This document shows, piece by piece, positions 1 to 13,628 of a DNA stretch of 64,000 nt. This DNA is from Eledone cirrhosa (lineage: Eukaryota), in the NCBI GenBank assembly GCA_964016885.1, contig OZ024756.1, forward strand, positions 6,944,001 through 7,008,000, given 5' to 3'. The position numbers and the translations under genes were made by a program. Under the pieces are notes generated by a model. That model saw only the letters and a list, made by a program, of their open reading frames with translations, was not told where the DNA came from and ran no database searches. Every line of letters begins with the position of its first letter. The stretch's first letter is position 1.

Positions 1-451
1 CCACGAACGTTTAGATGCCACCTCATATAAATACTAATGAATCAGACCAGCTATGCCATATGAAATATGGAAAGCAACTGTATCCCTCCAAAGCAAATGT
101 ATTCCCCCAAAGGCAGTCATATACCGATTAGATTAATCTTACAAACACCCCACATTATCAACCTTACATTTTTGGCCAAGTTCTGACTCTATTAACAAAT
201 ATTTTAAACGAAATTACTAATGATTATAGGAAGATGTGCCCAAGCTATTATAAGCAAAGGAAAATTAACTGCAACTTAAAATCTTCACGTGAGACATAAA
301 CACTGAAAAGAGTTAATTATAGTAGAACCACCCACTCAAATATTTAGGAGTTGAAGCTGGTGAAACCGATGAAATACATAACACAAATAAACAAGAATGA
401 AAATTGAAACTACCCTATAGACATACTTAAAAGTGAAATTAACGAAACAAG

Positions 452-3302
452 ATAGTAGACATACAGAAGTTAGCTGCAGCCCTAGTAATAAACTATATCT
501 CACCACCAGAAACATAGTAGACATATACAAGTTAGGTGCAGTCCTAGTAATAAACTATATCTCACCACCAGAAACATAGTAGACATATACAAGTTAGGTG
601 CAGTCCTAGTAATAAACTATATCTCACCACCAGAAACATAGTAGACATATACAAGTTAGGTGCAGTCCTAGTAATAAACTATATCTCACCACCAGAAACA
701 TAGTAGACATATACAAGTTAGCTGCAGTCCTAGTAATAAACTATATCTCACCACCAGAAACATAGTAGACATATACAAGTTAGCTGCAGTCCTAGTAATA
801 AACTATATCTCACCACCAGAAACATAGTAGACATATACAAGTTAGCTGCAGTCCTAGTAATAAACTATATCTCACCACCAGAAACATAGTAGACATATAC
901 AAGTTAGCTGCAGTCCTAGTAATAAACTATATCTCACCACCAGAAACATAGTAGACATATACAAGTTAACTACAGTCCTGGTAATAAACTATATCTCACC
1001 ACCAGAAACATAGTAGATATACAGAGGTTAGCTGCAGTCCTAGTAATAAACTATATCTCACCACCAGAAACATAGTAGACATATACAAGTTAGCTGCAGT
1101 GCTAGTAATAAACTATATCTCACCACCAGAAACATAGTAGATATACAGAGGTTAGCTGCAGTCCTAGTAATAAACTATATCTCACCACCAGAAACATAGT
1201 AGACATATACAAGTTAGCTGCAGTCCTAGTAATAAACTATATCTCACCACCAGAAACATAGTAGACATATACAAGTTAGCTGCAGTCCTAGTAATAAACT
1301 ATATCTCACCACCAGAAACATAGTAGACATATACAAGTTAGCTGCAGTCCTAGTAATAAACTATATCTCACCACCAGAAACATAGTAGACATATACAAGT
1401 TAACTACAGTCCTAGTAATAAACTATATCTCACCACCAGAAACATAGTAGACATATACAAGTTAACTACAGTCCTAGTAATAAACTATATCTCACCACCA
1501 GAAACATAGTAGACATATACAAGTTAGCTGCAGTCCTAGTAATAAACTATATCTCACCACCAGAAACATAGTAGACATATACAAGTTAACTACAGTCCTA
1601 GTAATAAACTATATCTCACCACCAGAAACATAGTAGACATATACAAGTTAACTACAGTCCTAGTAATAAACTATATCTCACCACCAGAAACATAGTAGAC
1701 ATATACAAGTTAACTACAGTCCTAGTAATAAACTATATCTCACCACCAGAAACATAGTAGACATATACAAGTTAACTACAGTCCTAGTAATAAACTATAT
1801 CTCACCACCAGAAACATAGTAGACATATACAAGTTAGCTGCAGTCCTAGTAATAAACTATATCTCACCACCAGAAACATAGTAGACATATACAAGTTAAC
1901 TACAGTCCTAGTAATAAACTATATCTCACCACCAGAAACATAGTAGACATATACAAGTTAGCTGCAGTCCTAGTAATAAACTATATCTCACCACCAGAAA
2001 CATAGTAGACATATACAAGTTAACTACAGTCCTAGTAATAAACTATATCTCACCACCAGAAACATAGTAGACATATACAAGTTAACTACAGTCCTAGTAA
2101 TAAACTATATCTCACCACCAGAAACATAGTAGACATATACAAGTTAGCTGCAGTCCTAGTAATAAACTATATCTCACCACCAGAAACATAGTAGACATAT
2201 ACAAGTTAGCTGCAGTCCTAGTAATAAACTATATCTCACCACCAGAAACATAGTAGACATATACAAGTTAACTACAGTCCTAGTAATAAACTATATCTCA
2301 CCACCAGAAACATAGTAGACATATACAAGTTAACTACAGTCCTAGTAATAAACTATATCTCACCACCAGAAACATAGTAGACATATACAAGTTAGCTGCA
2401 GTCCTAGTAATAAACTATATCTCACCACCAGAAACATAGTAGACATATACAAGTTAGCTGCAGTCCTAGTAATAAACTATATCTCACCACCAGAAACATA
2501 GTAGACATATACAAGTTAACTACAGTCCTAGTAATAAACTATATCTCACCACCAGAAACATAGTAGACATATACAAGTTAGCTGCAGTCCTAGTAATAAA
2601 CTATATCTCACCACCAGAAACATAGTAGACATATACAAGTTAGCTGCAGTCCTAGTAATAAACTATATCTCACCACCAGAAACATAGTAGACATATACAA
2701 GTTAGCTGCAGCCCTAGTAATAAACTATATCTCACCACCAGAAACATAGTAGACATATACAAGTTAGCTGCAGTCCTAGTAATAAACTATATCTCACCAC
2801 CAGAAACATAGTAGACATATACAAGTTAGCTGTAGTTCTAGTAATAAACTATATCTCACCACCAGAAACATAGTAGACATATACAAGTTAGCTGTTGTTC
2901 TAGTAATAAACTATATCTCACCACCAGAAACATAGTAGACATATACAAGTTAGCTGCAGTCCTAGTAATAAACTATATCTCACCACCAGAAACATAGTAG
3001 ACATATACAAGTTAGCTGCAGTCCTGGTAATAAACTATATCTCACCACCAGAAACAGTAGACATATACAAGTTAGCTGCAGCCCTAGTAATAAACTATAT
3101 CTCACCACCAGAAACATAGTAGACATATACAAGTTAGCTGCAGTCCTAGTAATAAACTATATCTCACCACCAGAAACATAGTAGACATATACAAGTTAGC
3201 TGCAGTCCTAGTAATAAACTATATCTCACCACCAGAAACATAGTAGACATATACAAGTTAGCTGCTGTCCTGGTAATAAACTATATCCACGCCACCAGAA
3301 AC
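452..3302. repeat. 62-bp tandem satellite/minisatellite, about 46 near-identical copies
   Basis: Unit CATAGTAGACATATACAAGTTAGCTGCAGTCCTAGTAATAAACTATATCTCACCACCAGAAA recurs with period 62 (GTCCTAG at 541, 603). Variants GTTAGCTGCAG, GTTAACTACAG and GTTAGGTGCAG. Confidence 0.97.
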
Positions 3303-3322
3303 TGGCTGGCAGCCATTTCAGA

Positions 3323-3668
3323 TATGAGTGTTGGCTGAAAGGTTCATAGGCTGACTATGATGGAGTGATGCTAGAGCTGTGAAATATTTCATACATTAAT
3401 TTCAACTCTTCTTATTACTAGCTACATTGTTTCTTTCTACGGATTATGTTGAAAAATAAACCTTATTTTAGTCATTCTGTGAGAGTATCTTGGTCAACAT
3501 ATGAAGGATTGATGCTAGGGCTGTGAAATCTTGCATTTATTAATTTCAACTCTTCTTATTAATAGCTGTATTGTTTCTTTTCAGAGACTATGTTGAAAAA
3601 TAAACCTCATTTGGTCATTCCATGAGAGTATCTTGGTCAACCTATGAACTTTTCAGCGAACTCTCGTA
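3323..3668. mobile_element. Tc1/mariner-type MITE with an internal ~140-bp tandem duplication
   Basis: Imperfect TIRs TA-TGAGTGTTGGCTGAAAGGTTCATAGGCTGAC and GTCAACCTATGAACTTTTCAGCGAACTCTCG-TA with TA flanks. A related copy lies in the opposite orientation near 62860-63183. Confidence 0.7.
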
Positions 3669-4599
3669 TAATCTAACTAGAGCCTCACCCGAAACATGGA
3701 AGCATTATGCTAGCTGCAAACTGGAGCCTCACAAACAAAAACAGGTAAGGCTTTATATAAATATATATCAAGCAAGATTCACGACAACGGTTTGGCCAAA
3801 GTCGGCTGTGATAAGCTTTACAAACAAATAGGTAGATGAAGGCAGACCATCCAAATAATCTAAGATCTTCTTAGCCTACTTATTCCTGAGAAGTCATGAG
3901 GGCAGAGTCCTCAAACACTCCTTAGCTAGGAAATAAGTCATCCATCATGCGCTTGCGGTACAAGCAGGCACGAAAAATCGCAGCATAGATAGTAAAAGCG
4001 TCCACAGTTAAGACATAGGAGGACTTTGCGGTTAAGCTGGAATCCGACTTCCGCTCAGCAAATAAAATGTTATGGTAGACCATCCGCCGAATTCGTAATA
4101 ATAAGCCCTCCTCTACACTTGCTATTAAGAAAATAATCTGAGATTGATTCGAAAATGTCAGTAATCTAATAGACATCTCTGTTACTTGTGAGTGAAGCAT
4201 TGATTGGAAATGAGGTGTAACATCTAATCCAATTCAAACATCTTAGAATTGGAAGAAAGAAAATGTCGTCAATTATTACATAAACCTATATCTGGGATAA
4301 TTAGAGAATTTAGCATGAGAGTAGAAATATTTCAGCTTACACAATTATAGACGGGCTAAACGATAGATCTAAAATGTACATTGCACATCCTATGTAGGAC
4401 ACAATACATTCAAAAGTACAACTATTTGGCCGTAAATCCTACAGGAGTCGTGATGCCACCACATACAGCGTTTCTAGGGCAATCTTTTTTAAAACTTAGC
4501 GCTGCCCAACTCCTCTCCAGGTTTGAATACAGCAGATTTCTTCTAGAGAAAGAGAGAGAGAGAGGAGGAGAGAGAGAATGCGAAGGGGAAAGATATATA

Positions 4600-5205
4600 G
4601 AGGAAGAATCGTTCCCAGTACTTTACTGGTACTTTTTGTATCAACCTTGAATGGATGAAAGGTAAAGTTGATCTCGGCGGGATATGAACTCAGAGAGAGG
4701 AGAGCCGGCGCGAATGTCGTAAAACCTTCTATCCGACGTTCTAACGACTCACAGCTCGACCCAATCTCGCCGATATCACACAAAAATAATTGTTATTATT
4801 TTTGGCACAAAGCCAGGAATTACACCAGTGCATTACTGGTACTTTATTTTTATCGACCCCGTAGGGATGAAAGGCAATGTTAATCTCAGCAGGATTTGAA
4901 CTCAGACCGTTAAGGGACGTAATTCTATGCTGCAAAATCATGGCGTCCGACCTTCTACCGATACTGCCAATCCCCAAAAAATAATGGTGTCGCATTTAGG
5001 TAGAAGGCCAAACACCTTAGGGGAGGAGAAAGTCGATTAAATCGACCTCAGTGCATGACTGGTACTTTATTTTATCGACTCTGTAAGGATTAAAAGTAAA
5101 GATAACCTCAGTGGAATTTGAACTCAGAACGTTAAGAGCTGTAACTCTATGCCGCTAAGCATGTATTCCAAAGTCCTACCGATAACTACCGATCCGATCC
5201 GCCAT
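4600..5205 (-). mobile_element. Cluster of three tRNA-derived octopod SINEs (OK-like; two subfamilies)
   Basis: Three copies of ACTGGTACTTTATTT..ATCGAC..GGATGAAAGG.AAAGT..ACCTCGGCGGGATTTGAACTCAG (reverse complement includes a B-box-like GAGTTCAAATCC). Confidence 0.85.
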
Positions 5206-5696
5206 ATATGACACAGAAATAATAACTCCTTAGAAAGAACAAGTCTGTTTCGAAGGGAGAGACAGCCGAGTAACTGGATGGCCTATATTATAACCCAACC
5301 GTTTTCAATGCAGAAAATGAACTCCGATATTTGTGGAATTTTCTGTATCCAATATATTTCAGAGCAATCGATTTGTTATTTCTTTTTTGTTATTTTTATA
5401 TATTTATCCTGCTTGTTTTTTTTAATTTATTTGCACGGAGAGAAATCAGTACAGGATATGTTTACATCAAATGTTAGATGCCAGCAGCATTAATCAAGTA
5501 AAGAAGGAGGAACGCTACATGGCGTAGAGTCATTGCTAATTTCCACAGTCCGTGTGCAGACACGCTTCATAATGACATCAACATATATATATATATGTAT
5601 ATATATATGTAGATGTATATATATGTGATATGTTATCTGGTCGAGTTAGTTTGTCATCGCGAACGACGTTACACATGTGTGAGTACGTAAGTGTGT

Positions 5697-5728
<32 letters not shown>

Positions 5729-6066
5729 AAGAGAGAGCGATAGAGAGAGAGAGATATGTTTATGTGTGTGTCTATGGAAGCATGTTCATGTTTGCATGTG
5801 TATGTGCATGTATGTGTGTGTGTCTATGATGTGTGTATGTGCAAGTATGTGTGTGTCTCTTTGTGTATGTGCATGAATTCGTGTGTTTGCTTATGTGTCT
5901 ATGCTTACATTTATGTATATATATATATATATGTGTGTGGTGTGTATGGGGGGGGGTTAAGTATTTCCGTAGGACAGGTAAAGGAAGGAAGAGTGCTCTA
6001 TGCACAGTACAGAGCTATTTAATTATGTAATAAACAAGACAATATAATTATTCCATTTACCCAAGT

Positions 6067-6121
6067 TTTCATGAAGTTAGACGTTTCTAACATAAACTTT
6101 CAGTTGCTTCATCAGATGAAA
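6067..6121 (-). ncRNA. Minimal type I hammerhead ribozyme fold, slightly degenerate
   Basis: Reverse complement: TTCAT CTGATGA AGCAACTGAAAGTTTATGTTA GAAA CGTCTAACT TC ATGAA. Stem I TTCAT/ATGAA; stem III has one mismatch. Confidence 0.55.
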
Positions 6122-6161
6122 TATTTATCCGATTATATACATGTATATATATATATACATG

Positions 6162-6208
<47 letters not shown>

Positions 6209-6523
6209 CCATACATGCATGCACACATATATATATAAATATATATAGAGAAACACACATACATATACACACATATATACATATATATATATATACAGTA
6301 TATATATACATATACGCATATATATATACGTATACATACATATATACATATATAATTATATACATACATATATACATATATATAGACACATATATATATA
6401 TATATACATATAGAGAATTAGTACATCTACCAACATATGTGGACAGATGTACACCCATGCTGGCAAATAGATATGTTATGTCTTAGTACCTTTGTGGTTC
6501 TATGCAGGGGGATGCAGAACAAT

Positions 6524-6908
6524 TATATGAAAGACGTAAAATAAGAAAATTTTTAAAATTAAAAATCAACTTACTTACTAAAATTTTCACTCCAACTAAT
6601 TAGTCACGTGATTGATTCTTTAGAATCTGCCACTGACCAGAGGCAGTGAATTTTTTCAGTGCTCTGGAATTTAGTCCTCGCTAGCTTTATTCCATCCACT
6701 GAATTATTATTTTTATATGGGTTCCTAGTGTCTGCGCATCGCCTGGGAAGTTAGCTGAGAATAGACTCCCGATTGACGTAAGGGATTCTCTATAGTTATA
6801 TTACGTAACTATATTTATCCCCTTACAGAAACTAATTAGTTGGAGTGAAAATTTTAGTAAGTTGATTTTTAATTTTAAAAATTTTCTTATTTTACGTCTT
6901 TCATATAT
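6524..6908. mobile_element. Foldback element with ~80-bp inverted arms beside (TA)n; second family member at 51150-51500
   Basis: 6524-6604 is the reverse complement of 6831-6908 (GAAAGACGTAAAATAAGAAAAT...ACTAATTAGT). The interior is homologous to 51205-51500. Confidence 0.8.
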
Positions 6909-6982
6909 ATATACATATACATATATATATATATATACACACACACACATACACACACAAATATATACATATATATACATAG

Positions 6983-7456
6983 CTTAAGATCGGTGTGGAA
7001 GTCGGACCTTAGTAAAGACCTGAAAATCCGCCTCTTCATTGCTGTAGTGGAGTCTGTGCTGCTGAGACTTGGACACTGACCAAGAAACTCACTCAGATGG
7101 TGGATGGGTGCTACATGAGAATGCTGAGGATGGCTCTGAACATTAATCAGTATACACTGAGGATGAAAAACTCAGAGCTGTATTGGAGCATCCCATAAGT
7201 CAGCTCAAAAGTGACACAGAGGAGTTTGAGGTTAACTGGACATGCTCACCGATATTCAGAGTTGACATTGCACTCAGTGCGCCTGTGTGAGCCCCTACAC
7301 GGACACACTGGAAGAGGAAGACCAAGGTTAACGTATGTTGATGCCCTAAGGACAGACACTGGTCTGTTGGAGACGCAGGACATGGCAGCGATAATGAGGG
7401 ACAGAGACGACTGGAGAGAACTCGTCCATGGGTGTCGGGAATTTTACCCGCCCTAG
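6983..7456 (+). mobile_element. 5'-truncated RTE-clade non-LTR retrotransposon 3' end
   Basis: Translates to an RT C-terminal region (LRLTGHAHRYSE...GRGRPRLTYVDALRTDTGL...RDRDDWR), ending CCCGCCCTAGA before microsatellite. Confidence 0.85.
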
Positions 7457-7571
7457 AAAAAAATATATATATACATATATATATATGTATATATATACAC
7501 ACATACACACACATATATACATATGTATATATATATATTTATATATACACATACATATATCTCTGTATCTA

Positions 7572-7903
7572 TCTAAGGCGGGTAAAATTCCCGAGATCCA
7601 TGGACGAGTTCTCTCCAGCGGTCCCTGTCCCTCATTATCGCTGCCATGTCCTGCGTCTCCAACAGACCAGTGTCTGTCCTTAGGGCATCAACATACGTTA
7701 ACCTTGGTCTTCCTCTTCTAGTGTGTCCGTGTAGGGGCTCCCAAAGGAGCACTGAGTGCAATGCCAACTCTGGATGTCGGTGAGCATGTCCAGCTAACCT
7801 CAGTCTCTTCTGTGTCCAATTTGAGCTGACTTTTGGGATGCTCCCATACAGCTCTGTTTTTTTCATCCTCAGTGTATACTGATTAATGTTCAGAGCCATC
7901 CTC
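7572..7903 (-). mobile_element. 5'-truncated RTE 3' end, inverted relative to the 6983-7456 copy
   Basis: ORF 7573-7899 (RLRLAGHAHRHPEL...LLWEPLHGHTRRGRPRLTYVDAL), near-identical to the upstream copy. Confidence 0.85.
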
Positions 7904-7918
7904 TATATATATATATAT

Positions 7919-7956
<38 letters not shown>

Positions 7957-8507
7957 TATGGTAGACGGTTGAGTGAAAGGAAAATAAAATACCGAAGTAG
8001 AGTTTAATTATTCATTTTATTAAGTCTAATCAGTGAGTCTTGTTACTCTGGAGTTTCGTCTGTTTATCACAGGGACATTTTATATATATATACAGAGAGA
8101 GAAATATATATAGTAAAGAGAGAGAGAGAGCGAGAGAGAGAGCGAGAGAGAGAGAGAGAGAGAGAGACGGAGATGTTTTTTTATTGCTTTTAAATTGCTT
8201 TTGCCTGATCTATGTGCATGTGTGTTTTGCAATAGAATGCGGCTTTCTTCACGGGTAATTGCGATCTAGAGCAGACGGGAAACAAGAAATTCGGAAGTAC
8301 GTCCTCTAATATATGCATCGCTGGTTTGCACGTTAGACTAATTTAAATGTAGTAACATGAAACCGTAAACAGAACACACACAAATACCATAACGTCCTGT
8401 CAGGAATTGAACTTCCAACCTTACGGTCGCGAGCCAAACACATAATCCATTAACCCATACGACTTCACAAGCACACACACATATATATGTATACGTATAT
8501 ATAGTAA

Positions 8508-8708
8508 GAAGGCGCTTGGCTGAGTGTTTAGAGAACTGGATTTGCAATCGTCAGGTTGAGAGTTCGATTCTCGAATCGGGTGATGCGTTATCTCCTTGGA
8601 CAAGACACTTTATTTCAGTTTGCTCTTTCTACCTGGAGTTGCGACCGATAGGAAGTATTAGCAACAGGAAAGACCAATGGAAACATCTTTTCCTTGGTCC
8701 GATTTGAC
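8508..8708 (+). mobile_element. tRNA-derived CORE-type SINE (OR-like)
   Basis: A-box-like TGGCTGAGTG, B-box-like GAGTTCGATTC and CORE-like CCTTGGACAAGACACTTTATTTC. Relatives at 43160-43650, 45247-45400 and 53900-54085 (-). Confidence 0.7.
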
Positions 8709-8952
8709 TTTATATATATCCGTATGTTGTTAAGGGCTGAGAGAATAGATCACTCAATACCGAGGCATAGTTTAAATAGACATTTTATCCCAGGGTCGCC
8801 GTGTGATAAACAAGCAAAACTCGGAATTAACAAGAATCACTATTTATTTAATAAAATGAATATTTATATAGATTTTTTATATAGTTAATTATGATAATTA
8901 GAAGAAGAAATAGTATATATTTTATCTGATGATTCTAAAGACATGATTTATG

Positions 8953-9386
<434 letters not shown>

Positions 9387-10689
9387 ATATATTATATATA
9401 TATATGGATTTTAAGCAAATTTACTTGCCGGCTGACGTTTGTTTTTGTAGTGTAACTTTATAAGATTAAAATTTAATAAAACCTTAATAAAGTTATATTT
9501 TTTTTATTTCATTATACATCCTTCTGTCAGCTATCAAAACCCCTAAAATTCTGTATTTATTGGTCTAGGCGAGCAAAATTACTTCGTTTCCTCTAACATC
9601 TCAATCCAATGGTTTCCAAATGATTTTATATATTAATTACATGGTTAAAAAACATCGATGTTATGTAATAGCTGTATTTGTTTACACAGTAATGAAATTA
9701 AAATTTCTTAAATGACTTCTAATTACTGGAAATTGAAAATACTGGGATTATGTTTTTAATTTATTAAGCATAAAAATTTAATTATATATGCGAACGGAAT
9801 ATAATTGAATGCAATAGACTTATATTGCTATGCCACCACGATTTGAAAATGTATGTTTGTTAATATACATATTAATTAATAGAACCAGGCTCTAACCCTA
9901 ACATGAGGCAGGTTTTTGTAAAAAAAAAAAAAAAAAAAAAGGTAGTAAAATACAAAGTTTAGCAGTTTCTGAAATTCTGATGTTAAAAATACAAAACAAT
10001 AGAAGTCCAAAACGCAATTGTAATCTGACCACCGCTTCCTCTTTGCACCGGTTTCCGTCGAGACCTCGGGATTCCTTTGTTACCACACTGCTGAATTTCT
10101 CTGTAAAATCGGAAAGATCCCGGTCCGCTTGAGGAGAAAGCCCCATGAGGTGGGGTGGCTATTGCCGCGGGTGTCTCTAGTCAGTCACCCCGGTAATACT
10201 TTTGCCATTTTGTCCGTGGGGTGCGACAGAGGCCCCGCTCAGACTGGGGTGTCGTGGCTATCTCTGTCACTCCCTTTCGTTGCTTAATCTTTCTTTCCGT
10301 TTTTTCTGCTTTCCATTTCGTTTTCTCGTCTCCATTTTCTGTTCCCTTTAGAAGTGTGTTTGGACACGCGTTACTTCATTGTTGGACACGCGTTACTTCA
10401 TTGTTGCCAACACCTTTAGGAATGTCATGAACACCATAACTTCCCATTTTAATTATGCCATTTTAATTATGTTTATGTCACAGTTAAATAAGTAAGCAGT
10501 TTGTTGAAGGAGTGTAAGAGAAAGTCTATTGAAATGTCAGCAGGCGTAATAGGTCAATATTTAAGGTGTTTAGAGTCAATAGGTAAATAGATTAATATGT
10601 TCAAATGAAGAAGTTCCAAACTTGCTGATTTTCGATATAAACAATATTAACTGAACCACATTAAAACATTGTATTTATTATCTTTTCTG

Positions 10690-11128
10690 ACTAAGACACA
10701 ACACCAACAATTCTAAAGGAGGGGAAAGTCGATTAAATCGACATCAGTGTGTTACTGGTACTTTATATAATCGAACCCGTAAGGATGAAAGGCAAAGCTA
10801 ACATCAGTGGGGTTTGAACTAGGAAGGTAAAGGGCCGTAACTATGCTGCAAAGCTTAATCTCCGGCGCTCTACCGAATACTACCAACTCACCACATTTAT
10901 AATTATCTAATATAATAAAGGACAATTTATACTAGTAAATAATTGTTTCTACTTTAGGCACCAGGCCAGCAATTACCCAATGCATTACTGGTACTTTATT
11001 TTATCGACCCCGTAAGGATGAAAGGCAAAGTCAACCTCGGCGGGATTTGAACTCAGATCGTAAAGGGACGTAACTATGCAGAAAGCATGGCGTCCGACCC
11101 TCTACCGATACTGCCAATCCACCGCCCT
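10690..11128 (-). mobile_element. Two tandem octopod tRNA-SINEs
   Basis: Two copies of the SINE consensus (10690-10895 and 10939-11128). Confidence 0.85.
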
Positions 11129-11366
11129 ATAATAGTAAATAATGTTGTTTTTATCGATTTTAGTAACGATTTCGAAGACTTGTGATTCTGTAGGACTTCC
11201 AGAATATATATATGTATGTACGTATGTATGTATGTATGTATGTATGTATTTATGTATGTATGTGTGTATGTATGTAGGTACATGTATATGTATGTGTGTA
11301 TGTATATATGTATGTATGTATGTGTGCACGTATGTGTGTATGTATATATGTATATATGTATATATT

Positions 11367-11978
11367 GATGTCAGGTCACCAGTTGGTGCTACTGGTAACA
11401 TGTATCCCAGTACAACCTGTCTCATGGTCGGGTCGTTGGCGACTAAACTGGCAACCCCACCAAGGTTTCTTGGTGAGGAGGGTGACTTTGGACATCCTGC
11501 AGGACTAAAAACAAAACCTGTCAAAGGGCAAAGGAGCTCTTAAGAGTCAATGGCCATCCAAAATCACCGGGAGAGATGACCCCTTAGCCTTTGTCAAGGC
11601 AGAATTCTAGGAGAAGGAAAACTCTGATATAACACCTGCAACCTTGATGGTATCCAATGATGTTGACTTGTTCTTCTTTTTGGTAAATATCATCTTGGTT
11701 AAGAGAGTGGGACTGGCTTTGTGCAGTGCCTTTGCTCACTATAAAAGCTTCACGGCACAGGCATTGCTTTATATCTGGAGATCTCTCTGCACTTGTCCTC
11801 ACAGGGTACCATGGGCCCAGCACTATGTGTCAATAATTGTCACATGTGTAGTGTTTGTACCAGAGTTTTCAAGTCGCTGGCTGGACTAAAAAGTCACACT
11901 CATGCAGCGCTTCGGTAGGGGTTCTCCTACATGGATATAAAGTAGTGGCCGTACTCGAAAACGAGTTGGCAGCCACCA
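11367..11978 (+). mobile_element. Bipartite non-autonomous RTE-derived element (RTE 5'UTR-like part plus RTE 3' tail)
   Basis: Contains the RTE 5'UTR-type motif CTAGGAGAAGGAAAACTCTGA and ends in an RTE-type stem-loop tail CTCGAAAACGAG-TTGGCAGCCACC before (ATAT)n. Near-identical inverted copy at 29527-30141. Confidence 0.7.
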
Positions 11979-12376
11979 TATATGTATATATGTATATATG
12001 TATATATGTATGAATGCATGTATGTGTGTGTATATGCTTCTGATATAAAACCTGCGACTTCGTTTGCATCCAATGATATAATGTATGATGTATGTTTGTA
12101 TGTACGTATATGTATATGTGTGTGTGTGTGGGGGGGGGGGGGGGGTAAAACTTCATCAAATACATCAAGTATCGCTGTGCATAGCTACAAGAAAATTCAA
12201 TAATCACTGTATGCATATATATCAAAATGTATATGAGCATTAGAGATAGCTATATATATAGATAGAGAGAGAGTTAGAGAGAGAGAGATATATATGAATA
12301 TATATGTATATATATATACATATAGTTTCATATGCAAGCGCACAGTCACATACCCACATTAATATATATATATATA

Positions 12377-12912
12377 TATAAGTATGTACACGTACATACA
12401 TACATGCATACAAACGTACATTAGTATGAATATATATATATACATACATGCACACATATATATATATGTACGTATGGATTCACCGAACATTTATTATAAT
12501 GCTCGGTGTGTTTGTTCGGTGCACCCGGCCGATTAACCCACTCGATATGCAAATTGGGCTACTCAGCCGTTAATATGCATAAGGTAAGTATATACGTTCA
12601 ACAGTCTGGCAGGAAGGTATACGTTGCTGACGATAGCTAATAAGCTTGAAACAAGTACAGCGTTCCTTTGTCAGTGTTGAACAAACAAGCAACGATGGTT
12701 GCTAGACACTACGGCTTAATACGGGATGTTTGTTTCCAAACACACCGAGCATTATAATAAATGTTCGGTAAATCCATACGTACATATATATATGTGTGCA
12801 TGTATGTATATATATATATATGCATACTAATGTACGTCTGTATGCATATATGTATGTACGTGTACATACTTATATTTAAGTAACGGCCGTACTAAGAGTG
12901 GGAAATGAAATT
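12377..12912. mobile_element. Family C foldback mini-element with hammerhead
   Basis: Arms 12377-12514 and 12737-12873 are reverse complements. Homologous copy at 32640-33185 (-). Confidence 0.85.
12622..12662 (+). ncRNA. Minimal type I hammerhead ribozyme (family C)
   Basis: CGTTG CTGACGA T AGCT AATA AGCT T GAAA CAAG TA CAGCG. The homolog at 32868-32908 (-) has CGGTG/CATCG and palindromic CTAG. Confidence 0.75.
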
Positions 12913-13022
12913 TTTTTTCATTTTTTCCGTTTATATATATACATATATATATATATATGTATATATATACTCACACACACATATTAATATGTATATATAT
13001 ATATATATATTACACATATATA

Positions 13023-13108
<86 letters not shown>

Positions 13109-13453
13109 ACTTGGAGTAGTAGAGAGGGTGATATAAAACGTACATTGGAATAAATGTGTCACTGACCACTCCCCAAGAAATAACAAAAAAAAACGAGAGA
13201 TTTTTAAAGACTGTTTATGTACAGACTGTCTGTCCATATATGGGCTTTGCACCCCACCTCTACCTCATGAGGATGCCAGCTACGTACCCACCGCTGGACC
13301 ATCTGCGATTCCATTTGGATCGAGCTGTCGAAACGGCTGGAGCTCAGCCGTCGGTGTCTGTATATACATATAAAAATGCCGTGTGTATGTTTAAATGTAT
13401 ATATACACAGACACAAACACACACACAACCCACACACATATATATATATGTTA

Positions 13454-13544
<91 letters not shown>

Positions 13545-13628
13545 ATACTTGGGGAGGGTCATATTTGTGTAATATTGCCAGAATTAATAACCAGAGTATA
13601 ACAGTAACTATCGACTTCCATACACCAG

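Noticed and set aside
452-3302. CRISPR-like array
   Set aside because: Units are contiguous with no unique spacers, there are no cas genes, and the context is eukaryotic; it is a tandem satellite.
3922-4200. 92-aa minus-strand ORF, possibly an L1/Tx1 C-terminal remnant
   Set aside because: Only a vague resemblance and no diagnostic motif, so it was not called.
8390-8600. tRNA genes
   Set aside because: The A/B-box-like segments are SINE heads continuing into SINE bodies, with no complete cloverleaf.
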